Positions 38,327-48,512 of a stretch of DNA of 64,000 bases are shown here, piece by piece (the first letter of the stretch is position 1; each line of letters starts with the position of its first letter). The position numbers and the translations under genes are program-made. The stretch is from Planctomycetota bacterium (lineage in GTDB: Bacteria > Planctomycetota > PLA2 > JAEUHO01): positions 14,778-78,777 of the forward strand of contig CAXQZU010000009.1 of assembly GCA_964228555.1 (NCBI GenBank), in the 5' to 3' direction. The notes under the pieces were generated by a model. The model made no database searches and had not been told where the DNA came from. It worked only from the letters and a program-made list of their open reading frames with translations.

Positions 38327-39763
38327 TCAGCGCGGCCTGCGCGCGGGACGCCGCAGGCGCGCCTGCCAGCGGGCCACCTCACGGCGCACGTTGGCCGGCG
38401 CCGTGCCGCCGACGGCCCGCCGGGCCGCGACGGCAGCCTCGGGCGTGAGGGCCGCGTAGACCTCCCGCGTGAAGGCCGGGTGGGCCGCCCGGAAGGCCTC
38501 CAGCGGCAAGGCCTCGAGGGCCACCCCACGGCGCTCGGCCTCCCCCACGAGCCGCCCCACCGCCCCGTGGGCCTCCCGGAAGGGCACGCCACGGCGGGCC
38601 AGCCAATCTGCCGCCTCGGTGGCCAGCAAGTAGCCGCCGGGCTCCTCGACGGCAGCCCGCATGCGCTGCTTGTCGAAGCGCACGTCGCCCAGCATGGCCT
38701 CGGCCACCTCCAGCATGGTGGCCAGGTGGTCCTCGGCGGCGAACACCAGCACCTTGTCCTCCTGCAGGTCCTTGCTGTACCCCAGCGGCAGGCCGCGCTG
38801 GATCTCCAGCAGGGCGCCCAGGTCGGCCGTCACGCGCGCCGCGCGGGCGCGCAGCAGCTCGGCCCCGTCCGGGTTGCGCTTCTGGGGCATGATCGAGGAG
38901 CCGGTGCTGACCGCATCGCCCAGCCGCGCGAAGCCGAACTCGCGCGTGGTCCACAGCACGAGGTCGGCCCCCAGCCGCGAGAGCGTGGTGGCCAGCATGG
39001 CGGCGGCGGCGAGGAAGGCCGTCGCATCGCGCCGCGACGAGACCGCCTCCAGGCTGTTGGGCGAGGGCGCGAGGAAGCCCAGCCGGCGCGCGGTGCGGCG
39101 CCGGTCGATGCGGAACGTGGTGCCCGCGCCCGCGCCCGCGCCCAGCGGGCACTCGCGCGGCACGTAGGCCAGGCCCTGCCGGTCCTGCTCCAGCATCTCC
39201 ACGTAGGCGAGCAGCGCATGGCCCAGCAGCACGGGCTGGGCACGCTGCAGGTGGGTGTAGAAGGGCATCAGGGCCTGCCCGTCGCGCCGTGCCAGCGCCA
39301 CCAGCGCGCGTTGCACGCCGCGCACGGCGGCCTCGAGGCGCGCGGCCGCGCCGGCCAGCCACAGGCGCAGGTCGGTGGCGACCTGGTCGTTGCGGCTGCG
39401 CGCCGTGTGCAGGCGAGCCCCGTCGGCGCCCACCAGCTCGATCAGGCGCCGCTCCACGGCCATGTGGATGTCCTCGTCGCCCGGCGCCGGCACGAAGCGC
39501 CCCGTGGCCCACTCGCGCTCGATGCGCGCCAGCCCCGCGAGGATGCGGCGCACGGCCGCCCGCGGGAGGATGCCTGCCGCACCCAGCATCTCGGCATGCG
39601 CCCGGCTGCCCGCGAGGTCCTCGCGCCACAGGCGGCGGTCCACCGGCAGCGAGCGGTTGATCGCATCCAGCGCCGGGTGCACGCCCGCCGAGAAGCGGCC
39701 GTGCACGAGGCCTCGTGCGCCCGCCTTGCGGGCCCTCGTCGTGCGCTTGCGCCGTGCCGCCAT
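38327..39763 (-). CDS. argH: argininosuccinate lyase
   Basis: Fumarate-lyase signature GSSIMPQKRNPD, TARSRNDQVATD. Confidence 0.95.
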   Translation of the reverse strand: MAARRKRTTRARKAGARGLVHGRFSAGVHPALDAINRSLPVDRRLWREDLAGSRAHAEMLGAAGILPRAAVRRILAGLARIEREWATGRFVPAPGDEDIHMAVERRLIELVGADGARLHTARSRNDQVATDLRLWLAGAAARLEAAVRGVQRALVALARRDGQALMPFYTHLQRAQPVLLGHALLAYVEMLEQDRQGLAYVPRECPLGAGAGAGTTFRIDRRRTARRLGFLAPSPNSLEAVSSRRDATAFLAAAAMLATTLSRLGADLVLWTTREFGFARLGDAVSTGSSIMPQKRNPDGAELLRARAARVTADLGALLEIQRGLPLGYSKDLQEDKVLVFAAEDHLATMLEVAEAMLGDVRFDKQRMRAAVEEPGGYLLATEAADWLARRGVPFREAHGAVGRLVGEAERRGVALEALPLEAFRAAHPAFTREVYAALTPEAAVAARRAVGGTAPANVRREVARWQARLRRPARRPR

Positions 39764-39781
39764 GCCGCCTCCTCTCCCCGC

Positions 39782-40840
39782 CTACGCGAGGTAGCGCTCG
39801 GCCAGCGCGCGATAGGCACGCGCGGCCTCCTCCACCTGCTCGACCGCCACCCACTCGTCCGGCGCGTGGCTGGCCGCACTGGTGCCGGGGCCCATGACCA
39901 CGCCGGGCACGTGGCGCACGTGGTGCAGGTCGCTCACGCCGCCGAAGCGGCCCATGCGCCGCGTGGGGCTGGCCTCCAGGGCGCACTGCACGATGGCGGC
40001 CTCCCGCGGGGTGCGCACGGGCAGGAAGCGCGTGCTCTTGACCACCACGCGCGAGGCGACCGCGCTGCGCAGCAGGTCCAGCATGCGCTGGTTGTCGCAG
40101 CCGGGCGTGGGCCGCCCATCGAGGTCCACGGTGCAGGAGCCCGGCAGCACGTTGGGCTTGGTGCCGCCCTGGATCACCGTGCACTGCAGGGTGGCCGGGC
40201 CCAGGTCGGGGTCGGGCGCGCCCAGGTCCAGCGACTGCACCGCCACCACGTCGCGCGCCGCCTTCTCCACCGCGTTCTCGCCCTCCCACGGGCGCGAGGC
40301 ATGGCACGAGCGGCCCTGCGCCTCGAGCGTGACGCGCAGCAGGCCGCGCTGGCCCGGGCACACCTCCAGCCCCGTGGGCTCGCCCACCACGCTGGCGTCG
40401 AAGGGGGGCAGCAGCCCCCCGATGGCCTCGATGCCCTGCCCGCCCGTCTCCTCGTCGCACACCAGCGCCGCCACGAGGCGGCCCGCCAGGCGCGCACGGT
40501 CCACCGTGACCAGCGCGTGCGCCATGGCTGCCACGGAGGACTTGGCGTCGTTGCTGCCCCGCCCGAACACCTTGCCGCCCTCCAGCGCGCCGTCCCAGGG
40601 CTCGCGCGTCCAGCCGGGGCCCACGGGCACCACGTCGATGTGCGTGAGCAGCAGCAGGCCACGGCCCGGCGGGGCCGGACGCTGCCCCTCCACCACGCCC
40701 CACACGTTGCGGCCCGACACGTGCACCTCGGCCCCGCGCTCGCGCAGCCAGCGAGCGAGGTGGTCACGGCAGGCCGCCTCGTCCCCCGACACGGACGGGA
40801 TGCGGACGATCTCGCGCAGCAGGTCGACCGGCGCGCTCAC
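39782..40840 (-). CDS. argE: M20-family deacylase (acetylornithine/acetylcitrulline deacetylase ArgE-like)
   Basis: LLTHIDVVP, GRGSNDAKSS, CDEETGG metal-binding motifs; sits inside the arg operon with a 4-nt overlap to argB. Confidence 0.8.
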   Translation of the reverse strand: MSAPVDLLREIVRIPSVSGDEAACRDHLARWLRERGAEVHVSGRNVWGVVEGQRPAPPGRGLLLLTHIDVVPVGPGWTREPWDGALEGGKVFGRGSNDAKSSVAAMAHALVTVDRARLAGRLVAALVCDEETGGQGIEAIGGLLPPFDASVVGEPTGLEVCPGQRGLLRVTLEAQGRSCHASRPWEGENAVEKAARDVVAVQSLDLGAPDPDLGPATLQCTVIQGGTKPNVLPGSCTVDLDGRPTPGCDNQRMLDLLRSAVASRVVVKSTRFLPVRTPREAAIVQCALEASPTRRMGRFGGVSDLHHVRHVPGVVMGPGTSAASHAPDEWVAVEQVEEAARAYRALAERYLA

Positions 40841-41760
40841 AGCGGGACGGCCCCGCCCGTGCGCACCGGCGCCGGGCGCTCGGGCTCGATCAGCGTGCCC
40901 GCGCCCTCGTTGGTGAACAGCTCCAGCAGGATGGCGCTCTCGGCGAGGCCGGAGAGGATGTGTCCCGCCTCGCAGCCCCCATCCACGGCGTCGATGAGCG
41001 ACTCCACCTTGGGCGCCATGCCCCCGGAGATGATGCCGCTCTCCATGGCCGCGCGCGCCTCGGGCACCGTGAGGCGCGAGATGAGCGTGCGCGGGTCCTT
41101 GGGGTCGCGCAGCAGGCCGGGCACGTTGGTCAGCGAGATCAGCTTGGCCGCGCCCATCGAGCGCGCGATCACGCTTGCCACCGTGTCGGCGTTGATGTTC
41201 AGCACGTTGCCGTCGTCGTCGCTGCCCAGCGAGGAGATCACCGGCACGTAGCCGTTCTCCACCAGCAGCGTGAGCAGGTGCGGGTCGCAGGCGGTGACGT
41301 CGCCCACGTGGCCGAAGTCCACCAGCGTGGTCTCGCCCGTGGCAGCGTCCTTCATGGGCCGCGGCGGGCGGCGCACGGCGTGCAGGATGTTGCCATCCAC
41401 GCCCGAGAGGCCCACGCCGCGCACGCCCTGCGCACGCAGGGCCGAGAGGATCTCCACGTTGATCTGGCCTGCGAACACCATCTTGGCCACGTCCAGCGTC
41501 TCGGCGTCCGTCACGCGGCGCCCCTCGACCATCTTGGGCGTGAGGCCCAGGCGCCGGCTCAGGTCGCTGGCCTGCGGGCCGCCCCCGTGCACCACCACGC
41601 AGCGGATGTTGACGTGCACCAGCAGCGAGATGTCCTGGGCCAGCGAGCGCAGCGCAGCATCCTGGTCGGCGATCTCGCCGCCCAGCTTGATCACCATGGT
41701 GCGCCGGCGGTGGCGCCGCAGGTAGGGCAGCGCTTCCTTCAGCAGGGAGATGGTCGTCAC
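40837..41760 (-). CDS. argB: acetylglutamate kinase
   Basis: VIKLGG, VVHGGGPQ, NINAD, GGMAPK amino-acid-kinase motifs. Confidence 0.95.
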   Translation of the reverse strand: MTTISLLKEALPYLRRHRRRTMVIKLGGEIADQDAALRSLAQDISLLVHVNIRCVVVHGGGPQASDLSRRLGLTPKMVEGRRVTDAETLDVAKMVFAGQINVEILSALRAQGVRGVGLSGVDGNILHAVRRPPRPMKDAATGETTLVDFGHVGDVTACDPHLLTLLVENGYVPVISSLGSDDDGNVLNINADTVASVIARSMGAAKLISLTNVPGLLRDPKDPRTLISRLTVPEARAAMESGIISGGMAPKVESLIDAVDGGCEAGHILSGLAESAILLELFTNEGAGTLIEPERPAPVRTGGAVPL

Positions 41761-41821
41761 GGTCGGCTCCTCCCGGGCCCGGGCCTCGCCCAGGGCCCGT
41801 CCAGCATCGTGCGTCGAGGGG

Positions 41822-42859
41822 TCAGGGGGTCACGCCCAGCGCGCGGCACAGCGTGGCCTTCTGCACGTCCAGCCGCGCGCGGCCCTGGTCGATCACGGCG
41901 CTGGCCGGCGAGTCCAGCACCTCGTCGGCCACCTTCAGGTTGCGCCGCACCGGCAGGCAGTGCATGAAGATGGCCCGGTCGGCGGCCGCCATCGCCTGGC
42001 CGTCGACACGCCAGCCCCGGAGGCCCGCCAGCACCTCCGCCGCACGGGCCGGCTGGGCGTAGAGGTGGCTCGCGCCCCACGACTTGCCGTACAGCACCCG
42101 TGCCCCGCGCAGGGCGGCGGCGCGGTCGTGGGTCACGGACAGCGTGCCGCCCGCCGCCTGCGACAGGCGGCGCGCGTCGGCCATCACGCCGGGATCGAGG
42201 TCGAAGCCCTCGGGATGGGCCAGCACCACCTCGTGGCCCTCGCGACACATGGCCAGCAGCGCCGCGTTGGGCACGGCCATGGGCAGGGGCTTGATGTGCG
42301 GCAGCCAGCTCACCACCACCTTGTGCCGGCCGGGGCCGAGGCGGCGACGCACCGTGAGGGCATCGGCCAGCCCCTGGTGCGGGTGGTCGAAGGCGCTCTC
42401 GAGGTTGAGCACCGGCACGCGGCTGGCCCGCATCACGGCGCCCAGCACCGGCTCGCTGGCGTCCACGGCGGCATCCTTGAGGCCCGCGAAGGCGCGCACG
42501 CCCACGACGTCCACCATCGTGCCCAGCACGCCGAAGCCTTCCTTCACGTGCTCGGCCGCCTCCCCGTCCATCACCACGCCGTCGCGGTGCTCGAGGTTCC
42601 ACAGGCCGTTGCCCACCTGCAGGTAGACCGCATGCGCACCCAGGTCGAAGCAGGCGACCTCGAACGAGGTGCGCGTGCGCAGCGAGGCATTCCAGAACAC
42701 CATGGCGGCCCGGCGCCTGGAGAGCAGGTGCTCGCGGCCGCGCAGGCCGGCCAGCACCTCGGCCTGCTCCAGCAGCCAGGACCAGTCCCGCTGCGGCAGC
42801 GTGCGCAGCGAGGCGAGGTGCCAGGGAGCGATGCGTTGCGGGGTGGTGGGGCCGTCCAA
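41822..42859 (-). CDS. argF: ornithine / N-acetylornithine carbamoyltransferase
   Basis: SLRTRTSFE (STRTR), HPHQGLAD (HPxQ), HCLP motifs; the adjacent argE suggests the acetylornithine-type (ArgF') route. Confidence 0.8.
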   Translation of the reverse strand: MDGPTTPQRIAPWHLASLRTLPQRDWSWLLEQAEVLAGLRGREHLLSRRRAAMVFWNASLRTRTSFEVACFDLGAHAVYLQVGNGLWNLEHRDGVVMDGEAAEHVKEGFGVLGTMVDVVGVRAFAGLKDAAVDASEPVLGAVMRASRVPVLNLESAFDHPHQGLADALTVRRRLGPGRHKVVVSWLPHIKPLPMAVPNAALLAMCREGHEVVLAHPEGFDLDPGVMADARRLSQAAGGTLSVTHDRAAALRGARVLYGKSWGASHLYAQPARAAEVLAGLRGWRVDGQAMAAADRAIFMHCLPVRRNLKVADEVLDSPASAVIDQGRARLDVQKATLCRALGVTP

Positions 42860-42946
42860 CGGCGCGTACGTCCTCGGGAAGGGCCCGACGATACCGCCAG
42901 CGTGCCGCGAGGGCGAGCCCGCGCCAGCCGCCCGCGCCTGCGGTGC

Positions 42947-44170
42947 CTAGACGGCGGCCGTGGCCGGCACGGCGAGGGCCCGGGCCAGCGCCTGCACGAA
43001 GGGCTCCGCCTCCTCCAGCGTGAGCGTCAGGGGCGGCAGGAGGCGGATCTGGTGCGGGTCGGCCTCGCAGGAGCCCACGAGGATGCCGGCGTCGAACAGG
43101 GCCTGGATCACGGGCTTGGCCGGACGGTCGAGGTTGACGCCGCGGATCAGGCCCAGCCCCGACACGCTGCGCACGCCCGCGACGGCGCCGAGGCGCTCGG
43201 CCAGCGCCGCGCCCGTGCGCCGGGCACGCCCCGGCAGGTCCTCGTCGCGCACGATGCCGGCGGTGGCCGCGATGGCCGCACAGGCCAGCGGGCCGCCCCC
43301 GAAGGTGGTGCCCTGCTCGCCCAGCTTCATGCGCGCCGCGAGGTCCTCGCGCACGAACACGACGGCGGCGGGGAAGCCGCCGGCCACGCCCTTGGCGCCG
43401 GTGATCAGGTCGGGCGTGACGCCCACGTTCTCGCCGAAGAAGGTCGTGCCCGTGCGCCCGAAGCCCGTCTGCACCTCGTCGAAGACCAGCAGGGTGCCCG
43501 TGCGCGTGCACAGCTCGCGCAGGCCCCGGAAGTACTCGGGGGGCGCCATGCGGATGCCGCCCATCGACGGGATGGGCTCGAGGATCACGCAGGCCGCGCC
43601 GGCCCCCACCGCCGCCTCGGTGGCCGCCAGGTCGCCGTAGGGCACGTAGGCGTGCTGCCCGGGGATGGGATAGGCCGCGTCGCGGTACTTGGGCATGCCC
43701 GTGGCGCCCAGCGCCCCGAGGGTGCGGCCGTGGAAGCCGTCCACCAGCGACACCACCTGCATGCGGCCGGTGGCCTTGCGGGCGATCTTGAGCGCCGTCT
43801 CGTTGCTCTCGGTGCCGCTGTTGCAGAGGAACACGCGCTGCAGGCCCTTGGGCGCCAGCGTGGCGAGGCGCTCGGCCGCCAGCGCGCGGATGTCGCTGTA
43901 GACGACGTTGCTGTAGAAGACCAGCCGGCCCGCCTGCTCGCGCAGCGCCGCCACCAGCCGCGGATGGCAGTGGCCTGCCAGCGCCACGCAGTGGCCGCCG
44001 TAGAGGTCCAGGAAGCGCCGCCCCTCGACGTCGAAGACGTACGAGCCCCGGCCCTCGGCCAGCGCGATGGGCCACTTGGAGTAGGTCGGCACCTGCCAGC
44101 GGTCTTCCTGCTCGCGCGCGGACGCGTTGGTGGTGGGCAGGGCGCCAAGGGTGCGTGTGGGTTGCAGCAT
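42947..44170 (-). CDS. argD: acetylornithine aminotransferase (class III PLP aminotransferase)
   Basis: LCNSGTESNE, DEVQTGFGRTG, and the PLP-lysine region GAKGVAGGFP. Confidence 0.9.
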   Translation of the reverse strand: MLQPTRTLGALPTTNASAREQEDRWQVPTYSKWPIALAEGRGSYVFDVEGRRFLDLYGGHCVALAGHCHPRLVAALREQAGRLVFYSNVVYSDIRALAAERLATLAPKGLQRVFLCNSGTESNETALKIARKATGRMQVVSLVDGFHGRTLGALGATGMPKYRDAAYPIPGQHAYVPYGDLAATEAAVGAGAACVILEPIPSMGGIRMAPPEYFRGLRELCTRTGTLLVFDEVQTGFGRTGTTFFGENVGVTPDLITGAKGVAGGFPAAVVFVREDLAARMKLGEQGTTFGGGPLACAAIAATAGIVRDEDLPGRARRTGAALAERLGAVAGVRSVSGLGLIRGVNLDRPAKPVIQALFDAGILVGSCEADPHQIRLLPPLTLTLEEAEPFVQALARALAVPATAAV

Positions 44171-45198
44171 CAGAGCCCCAGTCCGGGCAGCCGCAGGCCG
44201 GTGGACTCGTCCAGCCCCGCCACCAGGTTCATGTTCTGCACGGCCGTGCCGGCCATGCCCTTGCCGAGGTTGTCGATGGCCACCGTGACCAGCGCCAGGC
44301 CGTCGGCATGGGTGACGTGCACGTCGGCCATGGCCGTGCCCACCACGCTACGCACCTCCGGGGGTTCCGCCACCAGCCGCACGAAGGGCTCGTCGGCGTA
44401 GGCTTGCTGGAAGGCCTCGGACACGGCGGCGGCCCCCCCGCGCACGGGCGCGAAGGCCGTCACGTGGATGCCGCGCGAGATGGGCGCGCTGTGCGGCACG
44501 AAGTCCACGCGGGCGTCCGGGCCCAGCGCCGCGACGATCTCGGGCAGGTGCTGGTGCTTGAGCGGCTTGTAGGCCTTGAGGTTCATGAAGCGCTCGGGGT
44601 GGTGCGTGCCCTTGCTGGGCTCGCTGCCCGAGCCCGAGGAGCCGGTGATGCTGGACACGCCCACCCGGCCCGCCAGCAGGCCGGCACGGGCCAGCGGCCA
44701 CAGCGCGAGGATGGTGGCGCTGGCATGGCAGCCCGGGTTGGCCACCAGGCGCGCCCGCCGGATGGCCTCGCGGTGCCCGCACTCGGGCAGGCCGTAGACC
44801 GCCTCGCGCAGGCGCGTGGGCGCCGGGTGCGGCAGGCCGTACCACGCCTCGTACTGGCTGGGGTCCTTGAGGCGGAAGTCGCCCGAGAGGTCGATCACCT
44901 TCAGGCGCGGGGCCTGGTCCAGCAAGCCGGGCGTCTGCGCGGCCGAGACGCCGTGCGGCTTGGCCTGGAACAGGATGTCGTTGGACGCCGCCAGCGCGCG
45001 CAGCGCCTCGGGCGTCTCCTGGCTGAAGCACAGGCTGGTGAAGCCGCGCAGGTGCGGCCACGTGTCGGCCAGCGGCTTGGTGCTCGTGCGGCTGGTGACC
45101 GCGGTGACCTCGACATGCGGGTGGGCGAGGAGGAGCCGGGCCAGCTCCATGCCGCCGTAGCCCGTGCCGCCGAGGATGGCGACCTTGAGTCGCGTCAT
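44170..45198 (-). CDS. argC: N-acetyl-gamma-glutamyl-phosphate reductase
   Basis: Internal ATG at 45198 of ORF 44170..46080. KVAILGGTGYGG, active site ANPGCHASA. ATGA overlap with the mdh stop. Confidence 0.9.
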   Translation of the reverse strand: MTRLKVAILGGTGYGGMELARLLLAHPHVEVTAVTSRTSTKPLADTWPHLRGFTSLCFSQETPEALRALAASNDILFQAKPHGVSAAQTPGLLDQAPRLKVIDLSGDFRLKDPSQYEAWYGLPHPAPTRLREAVYGLPECGHREAIRRARLVANPGCHASATILALWPLARAGLLAGRVGVSSITGSSGSGSEPSKGTHHPERFMNLKAYKPLKHQHLPEIVAALGPDARVDFVPHSAPISRGIHVTAFAPVRGGAAAVSEAFQQAYADEPFVRLVAEPPEVRSVVGTAMADVHVTHADGLALVTVAIDNLGKGMAGTAVQNMNLVAGLDESTGLRLPGLGL

Positions 45199-46124
45199 TG
45201 CAGGGACTTCACCTCGGCGATGCCCTTGGCCACGCTGGCTGCGGAGGCCTTGAGCGCCTGCGTCTCGGCTGCGTCCAGCGGCAGCTCCACGATGCGCGTC
45301 ACGCCCTTGGCGCCCAGGTGGATGGGCACGCCCAGGTACACGTCCTTGATGCCGTACTGGCCAGACAGCCACGTGCTGCAGGCCAGCAGGCGGTTGGTGT
45401 CGCCCAGCACGGCCTCGACCATCAGGGCTGCGCTGGCGCCCGGCGCGTAGTACGCGCTGCCCGTGCCCAGCAGCTTGACGATCTCCGCGCCGCCGTTGCG
45501 GGCGCGATCGCTCATGCGCTGGATGGCCTCGGCGGGCAGCAGCTGCGTGATCGGCACGCCGTTGACCGTCGAGAAGCGCGGCAGCGGCACCATCGTGTCG
45601 CCGTGGCCGCCCAGCACCATGGCCTTCACGTCCGTGGGCGAGCACTTCAGCTCCATCGCGATGAAGGTGGCGAAGCGGGCCGAGTCCAGGATGCCCGCCA
45701 TGCCCACCACGCGCTCGGGCGCGAAGCCCGTCACCTGCTGCACGACCCACGTCATCACGTCCAGCGGGTTGGTGACCACGATCACGATGCTGTGGGGCGC
45801 GTGCCGCTTGATGTGCTCGGCACTGGCGCGCGCGATCTCCACGTTCTTGCGCAGCAGGTCCATGCGGTCCATGCCGGGCTTGCGCGGGAAGCCCGCCGTG
45901 ACGACCACCACCTCGGCACCAGCGATCACTGCGGGATCGTTGCCGCCGGTGACCCGGCCGTCGAAGCCGAACACCGGGCCGCACTGCGACATGTCCAGCG
46001 CCTTGCCCGCGGGCACGCCCTCGGCGATGTCGAACACGGCGACGTCGGCCACGCCGCGGCTGGCCAGCTGGTAGGCACACGTCGCGCCCACGTTGCCGCC
46101 GCCGATGATCGCTACCTTGCGCAT
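45195..46124 (-). CDS. mdh: malate dehydrogenase (LDH-like MDH)
   Basis: Internal ATG at 46124 of ORF 45195..46973. KVAIIGGGNVG, GFPRKPGMDR, IVVTNPLD, MVLGGHGD. Confidence 0.9.
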   Translation of the reverse strand: MRKVAIIGGGNVGATCAYQLASRGVADVAVFDIAEGVPAGKALDMSQCGPVFGFDGRVTGGNDPAVIAGAEVVVVTAGFPRKPGMDRMDLLRKNVEIARASAEHIKRHAPHSIVIVVTNPLDVMTWVVQQVTGFAPERVVGMAGILDSARFATFIAMELKCSPTDVKAMVLGGHGDTMVPLPRFSTVNGVPITQLLPAEAIQRMSDRARNGGAEIVKLLGTGSAYYAPGASAALMVEAVLGDTNRLLACSTWLSGQYGIKDVYLGVPIHLGAKGVTRIVELPLDAAETQALKASAASVAKGIAEVKSLQ

Positions 46125-46272
46125 GATGGTGCTCCGGGCCGGTGGCGTGCTCGCACGCCCCGGGACCCGGAGCATAGGGGTCCGGCCCCCCGCGACAAGG
46201 GTCCCGGCCAGCGTCGCCACGGGCTCGGGAGCGGGCGCCGGGACCTCCGGCGAGGCGGGGGCGCGAGCGCCC

Positions 46273-47613
46273 CTAGCGCGGTGCGCGCGGCCCGTAGGCC
46301 TCCAGCAGCCGGCCCAGGCCCTGCTCGGCCTCCTCGTAGCGCCGGCGCGTGGCCTCGAAGGCGGCCAGCGTGCCCGCCACCCTGGCCTTGACCTCCTCGG
46401 CGTCGCCCCCGGGTGCCGCCAGCACCTCGCGCAGCAGGCGCGCGGCGTCCTCCATCTGCTCCATCGCCCGCACGTAGGTGAGCGCCGCCACGCGCAGGTT
46501 CTCGTAGGCCACCTGGTCGTCGTCCGGCTTGTTGGCCAGCTTCCAGGGGTGGGCCCGGATGTCCTCGGTGGCATCCAGCACGTTGCGCGCGGCATCCTCG
46601 AGCACCTCGAAGATCGTGCCGAGGTCGCCACCCGCCTCCTGCACGACGCGCCGGGCGTCCGGTCCCAGCCCCCGGAAGTCGGCCACGAGCCCCTTGAGCC
46701 CGTTGCCCAGGCCTTGCACCTCGTCGAGGAAGGCATCCACCTTGGGAGCGCCGCTGCGCACCAGCTCGTCCACCCGCGCCGAGGCGCTCTTGAGCGAGGC
46801 CAGCGCCTCCCCCACGTCGGCGCGCGCCTCCTCCACGGTCTCCTTGCCGGCCGCGGCCAGCGAGCGCAGGTCGTCGGTGGCGCGCAGGACGTTCGTGGCA
46901 ATCGCGTCCATGTCGCGCTCGACCACCGCGAGGCTGCGCTTGAGCGAGCCCAGCGCGGCCAGCGCCTCGTCACTCATGGCCTGCGTGTCCAGCGCCTCCA
47001 CCTTGCGGCGCACGTCCTGCAGCAGGGCCTTGGCCTCGTCCACGGTCGGCCCCAGCTGCCCGGTGGCGTCGATCAGGTGCTGCACCAGCTGGTCGACCTT
47101 CGATGCGATGTCGTCGAGGCTGGCGCCCTGCGTGCCCAGGATGGGCCGGGCCAGCGTCTCGGCCGCCCCCATCCACTCGCTGCTGATCCCGGGCACCAGC
47201 ACCAGGGAGGGCACGCCCGTGACCAGGTTGCTCTTGAGGCGGGCCGTGGTGCCCCGCGGCAGCTGCTGGTCGGCCCCCAGCTCCAGCTCGGCGAGCACGT
47301 ACACCTCGCGCACCTCCTGCGGGGTGCCCGCGGGCATGCGCGCGAGCCGTTCGCGGTCCGCTGCCGTCAGCTGCTCGCCGCGGCGCAGCTCGCTGCCCTG
47401 CGCGACGCGCGCCACGCGCCCCACCTCGAGCCCGAGGTAGTAGACCGTGTCGCCCACCACGGGCGCGGCGTCGCCCGGCGCGAAGCGCACCTGCCAGCGC
47501 GAGAAGCCCTCCATGAAGCCGCGGCCGGTGGCCACGAGCAGCAGGGCCAGCAGCGCCGCGATGCCACCCAGCACCACGAGGCCCGCGAGCAGCTCGGAAC
47601 GGCGGGAGTACAT
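46273..47613 (-). CDS. mlaD: MlaD/MCE-family substrate-binding protein with long C-terminal helical extension
   Basis: N-terminal TM plus MCE domain (VYYLGLEVGRV...LVTGVPSLVLVPG) followed by ~300 aa of coiled-coil. Confidence 0.8.
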   Translation of the reverse strand: MYSRRSELLAGLVVLGGIAALLALLLVATGRGFMEGFSRWQVRFAPGDAAPVVGDTVYYLGLEVGRVARVAQGSELRRGEQLTAADRERLARMPAGTPQEVREVYVLAELELGADQQLPRGTTARLKSNLVTGVPSLVLVPGISSEWMGAAETLARPILGTQGASLDDIASKVDQLVQHLIDATGQLGPTVDEAKALLQDVRRKVEALDTQAMSDEALAALGSLKRSLAVVERDMDAIATNVLRATDDLRSLAAAGKETVEEARADVGEALASLKSASARVDELVRSGAPKVDAFLDEVQGLGNGLKGLVADFRGLGPDARRVVQEAGGDLGTIFEVLEDAARNVLDATEDIRAHPWKLANKPDDDQVAYENLRVAALTYVRAMEQMEDAARLLREVLAAPGGDAEEVKARVAGTLAAFEATRRRYEEAEQGLGRLLEAYGPRAPR

Positions 47614-47626
47614 GCGCCAGCCTCCG

Positions 47627-48448
47627 CTAGAGCCGGAACAGGAGGAAGTAGTTGAGCACGGCGTCGCTCACCACGATGAGCAGGATGGAGGTGACCACCG
47701 CGCGGGTCGTGGCCCGGCCCACGCCCTCGGCGCCGCCCTGCACCTCGAAGCCCCGCCAGCAGCCCACGGCCCCGATGATCAAGCCGAAGATCGCCGCCTT
47801 GAGCACGCCGCGCCACACGTCGTCCGGTCCCAGCTGGGCCCACGCCTGGTGGAAGTAGGTCGACGCCGGCACGTCCAGCACGCCCACGGCCACCGCCAGG
47901 CCGCCCAGGATCCCCAGCCAGTCGCCCAGCAAGGTCAGGCAGGGCACCATCAGCACCACGGCCAGCAGGCGGGGCGCCACGACATAGCGCACCGGGTTGA
48001 GCGCCATGGTGCGGATGGCCGTGATCTCCTCGCGCACCACCATGGTGCCGATCTCCGCCGCCAGCGCCGCCCCGATGAAGCCGGTCATGATCACGCCCGT
48101 CAGCAGCGGGCCCAGCTCCAGCACCGTGCCCACGCTCATCAGGTTGCCGACGTAGTGCACGAAGCCCAGCGTCTCCAGGATGTTGCCCCCGATCAGGGCG
48201 AGGATCATCCCCACGAACACGTTGACGAGGAACACCACGCCCAGCGCGCGGGGTCCCACGCGCACGGACTGCTGCAGGAAGGCCGCCATGCCCACGGGCC
48301 GCCGGCGCCACGGCCCCAGCAGCAGGTGGCCGAGGCTGTCCCGCACCAGCAGGCCCAGGCCGCCCAGCAGGTGCACGAGGTCCAGCGCCCCCGCCCCGAG
48401 GGCGTGCACCGGCGTGCGCCGCGGCGGGCTCGTGGGGATCTGGCTCAA
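47627..48448 (-). CDS. mlaE: MlaE-family ABC transporter permease
   Basis: Typical MlaE/YrbE permease with EITAIRTMALNPVRYVVAPRLLA and 5 TM segments. Confidence 0.85.
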   Translation of the reverse strand: MSQIPTSPPRRTPVHALGAGALDLVHLLGGLGLLVRDSLGHLLLGPWRRRPVGMAAFLQQSVRVGPRALGVVFLVNVFVGMILALIGGNILETLGFVHYVGNLMSVGTVLELGPLLTGVIMTGFIGAALAAEIGTMVVREEITAIRTMALNPVRYVVAPRLLAVVLMVPCLTLLGDWLGILGGLAVAVGVLDVPASTYFHQAWAQLGPDDVWRGVLKAAIFGLIIGAVGCWRGFEVQGGAEGVGRATTRAVVTSILLIVVSDAVLNYFLLFRL

Positions 48449-48512
48449 CGGCCCGCTCGGCCTCCGGCTCCCAGGGGTGCAGGACCGGCCACGGCCCGGG
48501 CCCGCCCTGCCA

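Noticed and set aside
32893-38459. 1273-aa minus ORF and 1153-aa plus ORF across the dehydrogenase operon
   Set aside because: Antisense or out-of-frame to E2, E1a' and lpd; His/Arg/Gly-rich translations without motifs.
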